A DNA stretch of 63,756 nucleotides, filler included, from an uncultured Methanospirillum sp. (GTDB lineage: Archaea; Halobacteriota; Methanomicrobia; Methanomicrobiales; Methanospirillaceae), in assembly GCA_964637135.1 (NCBI GenBank). It is 4 parts of 4 records of this genome, joined end to end, with 100 filler letters (N's around TTAATTAATTAA, not from the genome) between each part and the next. Parts side by side here need not be neighbours in the genome. Positions count along the whole stretch, not along the records: positions 17,286 to 34,029 come from CAZWTX010000041.1; 3 more parts are not named here. One strand, given 5' to 3'. Below, piece after piece: positions 20,920 through 31,548 of the stretch; within the stretch, counting starts at the first letter, position 1, and each line of letters begins with the position of its first letter. Made by a program: the position numbers and the translations under genes. Below the pieces are notes generated by a model that searched no databases, was not told where the DNA came from, and was given only the letters and a program-made list of their open reading frames with translations.

Positions 20920-21151
20920 AATTACCGCAGATCTCCTCACAAACTCTTATTAAAAGTTCAAACGTATCGGATATCGGGATGCTCCTTTCCAGGGAAAGGG
21001 GAGTCACGCCGCTCTCTATAAGGACACTGACGGTACGAAATTACTGGTCATAATACCAAAACGGGATCCAATTCCCATTGGAACCCTTTTGTCTATTATG
21101 AAACAAGCTCGGATGGAACGAGATAAATTTTATTTATTCCTCACCAGCTAA
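20916..21151 (+). pseudogene. HicA-family toxin, frameshifted (not in the ORF track)
   Basis: GTG MKLPQISSQTLIK, then shifted frame KFKRIGY..GKGSH..IPIGTLLSIMKQA; 236 bp, one base short near the A-run 20952-20955. Confidence 0.85.
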
Positions 21152-21239
21152 ATGAATACCTTCTAGCCGGGATTTCACATATTAGAAGACATATCAAATT
21201 TCTTTCCGGTCAATTACCATCAGGTTGGGTTCTATCAAA

Positions 21240-21555
21240 AAAAGAGGTAAGATCCTCTCCCTCCTTACCCCCGCATCCACCGGACCAGCCCTCCGAGCTG
21301 GCCGAGGTGATCCCTCGCCTGGCCGGCAACGGCAAGGGCATCGACGCTAACACTACCATCCTCTTCTTCCCGGACCGCTTCCACGATCCCGACGGCGAAC
21401 TCAACTGATACCTCTGCCAGAGCCAGGTACTGGCGGAGAACAAGGAAGAGGGCTCCCCCGTTCACCACCGCAATCCCGGCTGACACCCCGGCGATCACCT
21501 CGGCAATCATCGCTTCCCTCCGATCCTCACTGCATCGCTCACCGTGAAATTCCCG
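21240..21555. repeat. Direct repeat copy 1 (~315 bp)
   Basis: Aligns by eye with 28286-28601 (offset 7046 bp); contains the 81-aa gene and the last ~15 codons of its upstream gene. Confidence 0.9.
21265..21510 (-). CDS. 81-aa predicted membrane protein, copy 1
   Basis: MIAEVIAGVSAGIAVVNGGALFLVLRQY; near-identical to 28311-28556, frame conserved. Confidence 0.8.
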   Translation of the reverse strand: MIAEVIAGVSAGIAVVNGGALFLVLRQYLALAEVSVEFAVGIVEAVREEEDGSVSVDALAVAGQARDHLGQLGGLVRWMRG

Positions 21556-21852
21556 TATGCTCACAGCAAGACAAAGAAGAAAGATTGTAGAGTTGAATTT
21601 CAATAGTAGTGAAGTACAAAAATGAAGATGTAATTGAATTAATCGGGTACATTTATATCTTTAGTAAGATTAGTTAGGTTAAATAAAAAAATCAGATCAA
21701 TTATAATAGACGAGATCTAATTAACATACTATATGATATTTAAATGTGTTACGTTAGTAAAATACACCCATACATTCTTTTCCCTTTTTTCCCAGGAGGA
21801 AATAAAAAAAAGGATTATTGTGGAAAAAAAGGAGAAACCCGTTTTCCATGCA

Positions 21853-24800
21853 ATGCCGTTTTCGATAGAAACGAGTTTAATATTACTCCTCATTTTATCA
21901 GGAATTCTCTTCAACCCGGTTTCTGCAAAGGTCTATGCAAATTATACCCCTCAATTCTTTGTAGGGAACGAATCCCCGATGAAAGAATCCACTCCTGTCA
22001 ATATCACATATGGAGTATACGATATATCGACATATACTCCTGAAGAACGCAAACTTGCAACAAGATTACGTACTCTTCTTTTTCCGGAAAAAGATCCAAT
22101 CGTAACTCCGGCAATGATTAATAGCACCTTATTGACATTGATTGGTTCAAATTTATACAAATTTCCCGGCGAACTCTTGTATGAGGATAAAAAAAATGGA
22201 ACGACTGTAATTGCAAAAACCGACATGATCTATGTAAATATTGCAGTTACTTCCGGAATCTCCACTCATATACTTGATTCGTATCTGTATCCACCAATAG
22301 GAAGAAATGAAGATATTTTTGGTTTATATAGTAATTGGAATGGTAATAATGTCGATGCCTGGGTAGAATTATCTCAGGTAATGAATATTGCCAATATTTC
22401 ATCAGTAAGACGAATCTCTCCGGTCATTTTGGGTACTTTTACTAAAGGTTCAATAACAACAGAGGGGGATGGTATCCATCATTCAGATCTTGCCCGAAAT
22501 TTAGTAAACAATACAAACCTCTCTGAAATAAAAATTGGAGTGATTTCAGACGGGGTAACAAATAAACAACAAGCAATCTCTTCAGGAGATCTTCCGGCAT
22601 CATTGAAAGTAATCGGAACCGGGGAAGGTGATGAAGGAACAGCAATGCTGGAAATTATTCATGATATTGTTCCAAATGCTTCTCTATATTTTCACCCAAC
22701 CCTGACTACCCAGTATAGTTTTTCAATAGCCCTTTCTGACCTGATAAATGAAGGATGCACCATAATTTGTGATGATGCTTGCATATTATTTGAACCTGCG
22801 TTCTATGATGGGAATGTTACAACTTTGATGAATAATTATGCTCAAAATCAGAATGTTCTCTTCATTTCATCAGCAGCAAATTATGCAAAAAGTCATTACC
22901 AAGGTTTTTTCTTTCCACAAAATTCGGATCCGCTATTAAATGATTTTAGTAAAGGTGGGTTGTCTCCAGAACCTGTTCCCGATAAACCGAATTTATATGC
23001 CCGTTTAAATCCTGGTGATATCATCAATGTTGCACTTCATTGGGATGACGGGGGCCAGTCAGGGAACGACTATGATTTATATTTACTGAATTTTGATACA
23101 GATGAGATATTGGCATCTAGCATAGATTATCAAACGGGTAGTGAAATCCCTTTTGAATTTATTAGTTATAACTCATCGGATTACCTAACAGCCATGATTC
23201 AGGTGAAAAAAAAATTCCCTACTGTTCAAAATAAAACATTAGAATTATTTATCGATGTAGATGATGCGCAAAAAATATACACCAATAATATCGTAGAAAT
23301 TGATTCAATATTTGAACATGCAGCTGCGAGTGGAGTGGTAACGGTTGGTGCAGCACCATATGACAACACCCATAATATTGAACCAACCTCTTCACAGGGA
23401 TGCGTGACTATCCAATATCCAGTCCCTGAAATCAGAAATAAACCTGATATTACTGGTGTTGATAAAGTTAGTGTTACAGGTGCAGGGGGGTTTAATTCTC
23501 CATTTTACGGAACAAGTGCTTCAGCTCCCCATATTGCCGGTATCGCCGGTTTATTATGGAGTAAAAACACCTCGAAAACCGCATCAGAGATAAAAAATGC
23601 TATCCTTACTACCGCTGATGCAAGAGGTGATCATTATTTATTTGGTTCCGGTTTAGCGAATGCGTCACGAGCGTATTATTATTTATATCCCGGTCCAACG
23701 GTCACAAGTATCACCCCGAATATCGGTGTGAACGATGAATTGGTTCTATCTACCAATCTTACCGGAACAAATTTTGAATCAGATGCCAGCGTTTATCTCT
23801 CGAAGACAGGACAATCACAGATAAACGCAATAAATATCTCGGTAATTTCTTCCGCTCTTCTCACCTGAACTTTCAATATTTCGAATGCGGAAACAGGGCC
23901 ATGGAATGTCACGGTTCAAAATCCGGATAGACAATCCGGGACATTGTATGAAGGATTCCTCATTAACACGACAAATTCCCTGACGGTAACAAATATCACT
24001 CCGAACATTGGTATGAACGATGGATTGGTTTCAATAACTAATCTTTCCGGAACGAGCTTTAAACAAAATGCCAATGTGTATCTCTCAAAAACAGGAGAAT
24101 CACAGATAAACGCAACAAATATCTCGGTAATTTCTTCCTCTCTTATCACTTGCACATTTAATTTAACGGATGTTGCAACAGGTCCATGGAATGTCACGGT
24201 TCAAAACCCTGATGGTGAAACCGGGACATTATATAATGGATTTGCAATTAATTCTATCAGTTATCTCTCTGTTACAAGTATCACTCCGAACACTGGTCTC
24301 AATACGGGTTCTGTTACGATTACCAGTATTTCTGGCGATTCTTTTGAAATCGGGGCAACTGTAAACTTAACCCGAACTGGACAACAGAATATTACTGCTG
24401 GATCAGTTCAGGTAGTTTCACCAACCCAGATTACCTGTGTTATTCCCCTAGCTGGAAAATCCGCTGGCCAGTGGAATGTTGTTGTAACCAATCCCGGTGG
24501 ACAAACAGGATCGCTTTTAAATGGGTTTACCATTACCGCTCCAAGTCCGGGAAATACTCCCTACAAAATCGATCCTTCAAAGATGAATACCTTTGATGGA
24601 CAATATCTCTCTTCTCGGGGATATGGCTGGTGTGACTTTGGTGGTAAAAATAACTCTTACTATAAGATCACGCTCAGTGGTTCCCAACAATATCCTACTG
24701 AATTCCACCTGGTTAATAGTTTTACAACAAAAGCTCAATTTGGCATCCTTCTCCAGGCCTCAAATGTCAGGATCAGTGGAATAGATCTTTCAACAGCCCT

Positions 24801-27800
24801 AAATGCAGATCAAAGACCGGTGAATTCAATAACAAATATTTATGCTCCTTTACTTCTGGCAGAAACGGGGGCAGCAGGAATAAAGATTCCCTCGGGGTAT
24901 AACAACATTAAATTGGTAAATGTGAACGTTGATGCCTTGAATGTACCGGCAATCCATGTAGATGGTTCGAATGTAGATCTCATTGGAACCAATAATCCTG
25001 ATCCATATCTTACAACCTACACCGGTTGCGGAATAAATGAGAACTGGGGTACAACGCTCATTGGAAGACAAAATTCAGGATATGGACTTGGTCTCCTTCA
25101 ACAGACACAATCACGCAGTTCTGCCATTACCATTACCGGATCAGGAGGGAACGGGGTAAATATAATGGGTCCGTTTAGTGGTATTGAATTGAATGGAAAG
25201 ACTGCTTCTCTGGCAATTAATGGCGAAAAAATTCACATTACCGGTACAGGGACAGAGAGTGGAACTGGATATGACCGTAATAGTGGGATTAGTGCATGGG
25301 GTGGTAGTTCAGTGTTGGTATCCGCAACTGATTCTTCAATAATTGGTCAGGAGTACGGAATCTATGGTCAGGGAGGAGCAATTATCAATATAAACTGTCC
25401 AAATTGTACAATCGGCCCAATTGGTAGCAGTTCGGTCTTATCATCATCTGAAGTAAAATCTCAAGCAATAGGATCTCTTATCCAGGGTGGAAAGGATGGT
25501 TTATTCCTTACTGGAACTAGTACACCCGGATTTGGGAAAGTAACGATAGAAAATACAACCGTACTGGGACAGACAGGATATGGAATAAACTTCAGTCAAG
25601 CTGGCGGATATGCGATAACTATCACCAACCCTACTGAGATCCAGGGAGGTCAGGGAAAACTTGGAGCCTCAGAGAGTGAATCCAACCAGATTACCATAGG
25701 AAGTGTAAATGTCACCACCGGAGCTACCGGACCGTATCTTGTCAACATTTCCTTAGATGCCATTTCCGGACCCGATCCATATAATCTGTTAATTTTTAAT
25801 GAGTCAGGGGGTGTCGTGTATGATATTACCAACTGGTCTTCTCTTCCAGAAGGGATCACATACACCTCTTCCCCAGCAATAGTATCATTCGCATCTGAAA
25901 CCCTGGAGATCTATTCTGCAAAAAAATATCCTTCGTCTGGTCCGGATCTCTCTCTTACCTCCATTGAACCGACACAGGCGCAACAAGGATGTATTACTCA
26001 AGTAAATATCTCCGGTATTTTTAATCCCGTTGCAAACGCAACTACAATCAGCCTTACTCGTTTTGATTCCTGTGTTAATGGGACTGATGTAACGGTTGAA
26101 TCTTCAACATTGATTCGTGGAATTTTTTCACTCCCTCCAGAGATAGAAACAGGTTCCTGGCAGGTGAATGTAATTCAGGATGAGACCCCATGTGCTGGAA
26201 ATGTAACCTTTAACGTAACAAGTAAACCCCTTCTCCCCTCAATAACCACTCTTCCAGCCAATAATGTCAGTTCATACTCAGCTCAGATCTCTGGAAATTT
26301 AACTTCTACCGGTGGAACATCATGTAATGTTTATTTTGGTTATGGAACGAATGAATCAATGTTCTCAACATTCACTACGCCTATCCTATTAACAGGACCG
26401 GGAATTGTTACTGCCAACATCAGTAATCTCATCCCTGAAACTCCATGGTTTTATGCGGCATTTGCCAACAATACCATGACTGAAATCAGAGGGGATATCA
26501 TGAGTTTTACCACCAATGCGGTAAATAATCCTCCGATTATCAAAAGTGTTCTACCGTCTTCCGGAATTCAGGGCAATCGTATAACGATAACGAATCTTTC
26601 CGGATTTTTCAATACGAGTGCCTATCAAACCAATGTTATTCTTACTGGTTTAGGAGTGAATATCAGTGCAGAAAACGTTTCAGTTGTCTCTTCTGAGCAG
26701 ATAACCTGTACCTTATCCCTTCCTGTATCAGCAACCCCAGGTCAATGGAGGATAATGGTTGAACAGAATGGACAATGGAGCAATGGTGATATTCTGTTTG
26801 AAATCGGACAGACGAGTTATATCATACATGCTTCTGCATCACCTGGTGGAAATATCACTCCTTCAGGGGAAATATCTGTGTTATCTGGTTCAAACCAGAC
26901 GTTTTTAATTACAGCAGATCCCGGATATCATTTAGGAAATCTGATAATTGACAACATGAGCACTGGAGCAGCAGAAACCTACCTATTCCATGATATCTAT
27001 GAGAACCATACAATATCAGCGGAATTTATCCCAAATAGTATCCCCTCTTATATCATTACAGCGATTGCATCGCCAGGCGGGAATATCACTCCTTCAGGGG
27101 AAATATCTGTTTTATCAGGTTTAAATCAGACCTTTTTCATCGCAGCAGACTCTGGATATCGTATTGTAGATGTTATGATTGACAATATGAGCATCGGATC
27201 TTTGGATAGATATACATTTGAAAATGTTACTTCGCCTCACAGAATTGAGGGGATATTTGAAAAAATGGGCATAGCTCCGATAATTACCCACGTACATCCG
27301 ACATCAGTCCGCCAGAATAGTGTTGTGACTCTTTATTTGTCAGGTCAGAATTTCTTCGGTAATGAGCGAGTTGATCTCACGAGAAATGGGTCTGATAACC
27401 GGACTGGAAGAGGTATTCTATTTCAGGATCGATTAATCGTTCGAGGAATGAATCTAGTCGGAGCACCCGTGGGGTTATGGAATATCCAGGTAACTAACCT
27501 TACAACCGGTCTTTTCGGAATAAAAAGGGACGCTTTTACTATCGATCCAGCACCCCAGCCGTATTATACCATCTATACTGTTGATGATGAATACGGTGAT
27601 TTATATCCATCAGGTCCTGTTCGTGTACGGACCGGATCACATAAAACATTTAGAATAAGAGTTACTCGTGGTGCTGAAATCGTAAATGTCACTGTAGATG
27701 GTACTCCAATAATCCTTGATCACAACAATGGGTATACTTTTTTCAATGTAAGAAGTGACCATACTATTACGCTTAACACCGGCCTAATTCCCGGTATTAT

Positions 27801-28197
27801 TCATGCGAACTTCACCGTGAATCAGACCTCTGGTAAAGTCCCCCTCACGGTTCAATTTATTGATACCTCATCAGGTAATCCTGACAGGTGGTTATGGAAT
27901 TTTGGTGATAGAACCACTTCTACGTTACAAAATCCTGTTCATACCTATACCAAACCAGGTAAATATTCTATCCAACTGGGTGTTAAAAAGGGAAATCGGA
28001 GTGATATGATTATCCTTCGGGAGCATATTTGGTCAATATCAAATAGAAATCTCTTAATTGAACCAAAAAGCGATGATTCTGTCACCTCTCCATATACCTT
28101 GACATCTGTAAAAATACCAATTGTTTCGATGAAGAGTCATGAAGATAATAATATGTCGGATGAACTGTTGCCCCTGAAACTGCCTGAAATTACATAA
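21853..28197 (+). pseudogene. Giant secreted S8/S53-like serine protease with IPT/TIG, beta-helix-like, InlB-B-like and PKD domains; one in-frame TGA at 23866-23868
   Basis: Signal peptide; IGVISDG, DEGTAMLEIIHD, GTSASAPH; track ORFs 21733-23868 and 23944-28197 share a frame and repeat homology runs through the stop. Confidence 0.85.
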
Positions 28198-28285
28198 AAT
28201 TTATCCAGTTATCAGTTTAGGTGAAGCCTTCCTGAATCCCGATCCGTTTTTTCTGAACAAAACCGGTAAATGGTGGGATCTCCTA

Positions 28286-28601
28286 AAAAGGAATAAGGTC
28301 TCCCCTCCCCTTACCCCCGCATCCACCTCACCAGCCCCCCGAGCTGGCCAAGGTGATCCATCGCCTGGCCGGCAACGGCAAGAGCATCGACACTGACAGC
28401 CCCATCCTCTTCTTCCCGGACTGACTCCACGATCCCGGCAGCAAACTCATGCGAAATCTCTGCCAGGGTGAGATACTGCCGGAGAACGAGGAAGAGGGCT
28501 CCCCCGTTCACCACCGCAATCCCGGCTGACACCCCGGCGATCACCTCGGCAATCATCGCTTCCCTCCGATCCTCGTCGTATCGCTCACCGTGAAATTCCC
28601 G
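28286..28601. repeat. Direct repeat copy 2 (~315 bp)
   Basis: Matches 21240-21555. Confidence 0.9.
28311..28556 (-). CDS. 81-aa predicted membrane protein, copy 2
   Basis: Hydrophobic N-terminal helix; ATGA overlap with the upstream gene. Confidence 0.82.
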   Translation of the reverse strand: MIAEVIAGVSAGIAVVNGGALFLVLRQYLTLAEISHEFAAGIVESVREEEDGAVSVDALAVAGQAMDHLGQLGGLVRWMRG

Positions 28602-29128
28602 GAGACGAATCCGTCGGAGTCGACACTCCGGTTATCCCGGCGGGATGCCCCGAATGTTATCATCCCTGACCCGTTCGCGAAGATAGCTCCCGACAGGTCA
28701 GGACCGATCTTCCGGGACGAATCATACTCCCCGTGTCCGAGGATCCCGGATGCATAGGCCGATACCGGTTCCTCGAATTCCCCCGGACGGGTGAAGAATG
28801 AACAGAGATCGGCGATTCCAGACTCCTTCAGGAACCCGTCGGCATACTCGGTGAAAAGCACCTGTCCGGACGAAGCAACCGAGAGATCGGCCGCAATATC
28901 CCGATCCCCGGCAAGCGTCCGGGAGAGCCGGGCTGCATCGGTCGCCATCACCCCGGACGAATACGACCCGTTCTCATCGCTCCCTTCCGTATGGAGCACC
29001 ATCATCCCGTCGGTCGCAATCGTCGTCGCCAGGTAATCGGCTCCGGCAAGCCCGGCAAGGACCAGCAGGGCGATACCCGCGATACCCATGCCGCTCATCC
29101 TAATCCCGGTTATTCTGGCCGGCATCAT
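28553..29128 (-). CDS. Secreted Gly/Ser-rich hypothetical protein
   Basis: Signal-peptide-like IAGIALLVLAGLAGA; ATGA overlaps at both ends. Confidence 0.8.
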   Translation of the reverse strand: MMPARITGIRMSGMGIAGIALLVLAGLAGADYLATTIATDGMMVLHTEGSDENGSYSSGVMATDAARLSRTLAGDRDIAADLSVASSGQVLFTEYADGFLKESGIADLCSFFTRPGEFEEPVSAYASGILGHGEYDSSRKIGPDLSGAIFANGSGMITFGASRRDNRSVDSDGFVSGNFTVSDTTRIGGKR

Positions 29129-29634
29129 GCCAGGGCAGCCACCGAATCAGCCCAGGTCTCAAGGCCGGTCCGGATGGCATCATCCTCGTAACTCGAGAGG
29201 CTGATGCTGTCCCGTTTGAAGGTTACCGTGTAGAGTTCGCCGTTGCTGTGATGAGCCTTGATGGTACAGCTGAACGAATCACCGGACGAATCACGGGACG
29301 CAAACACCCCGGTCCCGTACGCTGACGTGATCGCCTCATTCGCGGTGATCTGGGTCACCGCCGTATTCACGGCAGCCATCGACGGCCCCCTCACCGTGAT
29401 CGTCCCGACCGTCTTCGCCTCCTCGTTCTGGTAGACAATCGAAGCCGTGTATGACTCCTTGGTCTTCTCAACTGCCGGCTTTGCAGCCCCGGCGGATTCA
29501 TACGCCGTACATCCCCAGGGGTTGTTTGTCAGAACACCCTGGATAACCGTAGAGAAGGACGCGTAATCAGCAAACGGAGCGGCAAGAGCCCGTACCGCTG
29601 ACTTGATCACGCTCTTCTCGGTAAAATCTCCCAT
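29125..29634 (-). CDS. 169-aa Ala/Ser/Thr-rich hypothetical protein (MGDFTEKSVIKSAVR...)
   Basis: ATG 29634 with a GGGGAG RBS; first gene of a coupled three-gene operon. Confidence 0.8.
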   Translation of the reverse strand: MGDFTEKSVIKSAVRALAAPFADYASFSTVIQGVLTNNPWGCTAYESAGAAKPAVEKTKESYTASIVYQNEEAKTVGTITVRGPSMAAVNTAVTQITANEAITSAYGTGVFASRDSSGDSFSCTIKAHHSNGELYTVTFKRDSISLSSYEDDAIRTGLETWADSVAALA

Positions 29635-30128
29635 TTCTCTCCCCCATGTCGCATTCCTGCGACGTACCCTCATATGCCCGTCGCAGATATCTCCTTCCCG
29701 GGGGACACCCGATCTGCTTGTCCGGCGGCCATGAATCATGAAACCCGGGGAATATTCGAGCATTACCCGGTACCCGGAGAACCCGGATGAAAGAGTGTCA
29801 CCGATTGCCCGGTGGGTCATACGTCGTCACGAAATCTTCGAGGCGGGTACATGACTTCTCACGGGTTGTGATAACCGAATCCTGAATTCATGTGTTCGTT
29901 CCACCTGGCAGGAGTTTTGGTATTCCCTCGAACCGGATAGAGAAAAAACCGGTTATCTAGTGGAGGCAACAGGTTTTGTGATTTGATATGGATTTCCCAC
30001 CGCTACACTATCTGCCGAAATGGTTCTTCTAACCCCCCCATCCTCCTGAGTTTTTCGGCACTATACCGGTCATGGATCATACCGTTCCGTGTTTACTATC
30101 AATACCGGTAAACACCTAGAGGTATATC

Positions 30129-30365
30129 ATGCAAGAGGCTTCCACGATATACATTCGATCTGATTTGAAGGAGCAGTTAACTCACCTGAAGACACACCCC
30201 CGGGAATCATATAGTCCAGTGATCGAGCGCCTTCTCTCATGTGCCATTGATCCCAATCCTCTTACATCAGAAGAGATAGCAGGAATTGAAGAAGCACTGG
30301 AAGATATCAAAGCAGGAAGGGTCCATACTGAAGAAGAGATCGTGAAAGAATTCGGGGTTGAATGA
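30129..30365 (+). CDS. Putative antitoxin, paralog of 19980-20213
   Basis: TIYI..LTHLKTHPRESYSPVIERL..EALEDIKAGR. Confidence 0.82.
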   Translation: MQEASTIYIRSDLKEQLTHLKTHPRESYSPVIERLLSCAIDPNPLTSEEIAGIEEALEDIKAGRVHTEEEIVKEFGVE

Positions 30366-30627
30366 CTGAGTTTCAGATCATCTACCCAAACAAAGCAAAA
30401 AGAAACCTCAAAAAATACTCTTGCCCATTGCCCAGGAGATAATCAGAGCCATCCATGAACTGAAGAATAATCCCTGGTCACGGGTACAGAAACAGGAAGG
30501 ATCTGAGAAGTCTCCCTTTTATTCTTTTCATGTCGGTGGGTACCGGGCTATTCTCTCTATTCAAAACAATACACTCATCGTGTATGTGGTGGAAGTCGGT
30601 CCCCGGAAAACCATTTCCCGGAAATAG
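30362..30627 (+). pseudogene. RelE-family toxin, frameshifted
   Basis: ATG overlapping the antitoxin stop (MTEFQIIYPNKAKRNLKK), then shifted frame ..YSFHVGGYRAIL..VGPRK; 266 bp, one base short at the A6 run 30410-30415. Confidence 0.85.
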
Positions 30628-31200
30628 TGACCTTTTTTTTGAAAATTGAATTATTCTCGGCTCTGTTGAGTTCCCCAACGTATGGTGAAACCTCTTTGAA
30701 ATCGTGATAATCGGTGAATGAGGAAACAGATACCCGTCCGTGTACCGCCTCATCTGTATTTGAGTAAATACGTACTTCGTGTTTCGTTTAGCCATATTCT
30801 CAGCAGGGAGCGCTCCGTTCTGAGATCTTTTTTTCTTTCCGGAGGTTCTCAAAGAACCCCGATTTCGTACTAAAAAGGGAACTCTCGGGCAGAGAACCTG
30901 AATAGATTCTCTTACCGGACGATACAAATCAATAGCTTTAGAAAGATCACGGGAATACGGTGCATTGCCCGGGTCTGCGACAACCATGAGCATATCACCG
31001 GGCGTGGGTGTCCGGAATGATACCAGGAGAGAGAGAAACAACAAAAGGCTCCCCGACCGTTACAATCGCTTGGAGGCTGATTACAGTGGGGAGTATACTC
31101 ATTACGCCTGTCGGATTTTTAATCGTATCTTCGGTTCTGATGAATCCCGGGATAGCGGATCATCATTCTGCCAGGAGATCCGGTTTCCGCGGGTTATGAG

Positions 31201-31548
31201 ATGGCTTCCTGGAGTGGCCATTTCACCCGTCGTACTGCCGAGTATGCCGCCCGGGACCTGCTCATGGAGCAGGGATACGAGGTTGTCCGGGTTACCGAAC
31301 GGTCAGGGGCCGTTCCGTCCCGGTTTCACCTGATCGCCTGGAAGAAGAGACGGGTCATCTTCATCCGGATCGGATCGCACCGGATGCCGAAAACGTCCGT
31401 TCATGCCGAGATCGTCAGGCTCTCCGGGCTGGTCAGGACCGGGACGTACCCCGGCGACGTGCAGTACTGGATCGGGTCCGGCTCCGGCTGGATACGGCAC
31501 CTGATCCTCCCGGGCGGCAGCATCCGGCTCTTCGGTGGATTTACATGA
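31201..31548 (+). CDS. Hjc-like PD-(D/E)xK-fold protein with degenerate active site
   Basis: AEYAARDLLMEQGYEVVRV..FHLIAWK..VIFIRI matches the Hjc pattern; overlaps the primase gene. Confidence 0.55.
   Translation: MASWSGHFTRRTAEYAARDLLMEQGYEVVRVTERSGAVPSRFHLIAWKKRRVIFIRIGSHRMPKTSVHAEIVRLSGLVRTGTYPGDVQYWIGSGSGWIRHLILPGGSIRLFGGFT

Noticed and set aside
21240..21555. Direct repeats as IS ends or att sites
   Set aside because: They are diverged coding sequence; no terminal inverted repeats, intact transposase, integrase or tRNA nearby
23866..23868. Selenocysteine recoding of the TGA
   Set aside because: Non-catalytic Cys in an Ig-like repeat, no SECIS recognised, lineage not known to use Sec; a nonsense mutation or error is simpler
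29635..29820. N-terminal extensions in the ORF track (also 21511-21603, 21733-21852, 2715-2807, 37967-38041)
   Set aside because: Downstream starts fit RBS, signal peptides, gene overlaps or paralog alignment better
30478..31333. ORFs 30478-31044 (-) and 30965-31333 (+)
   Set aside because: No recognisable motifs and they overlap better-supported genes; treated as non-coding
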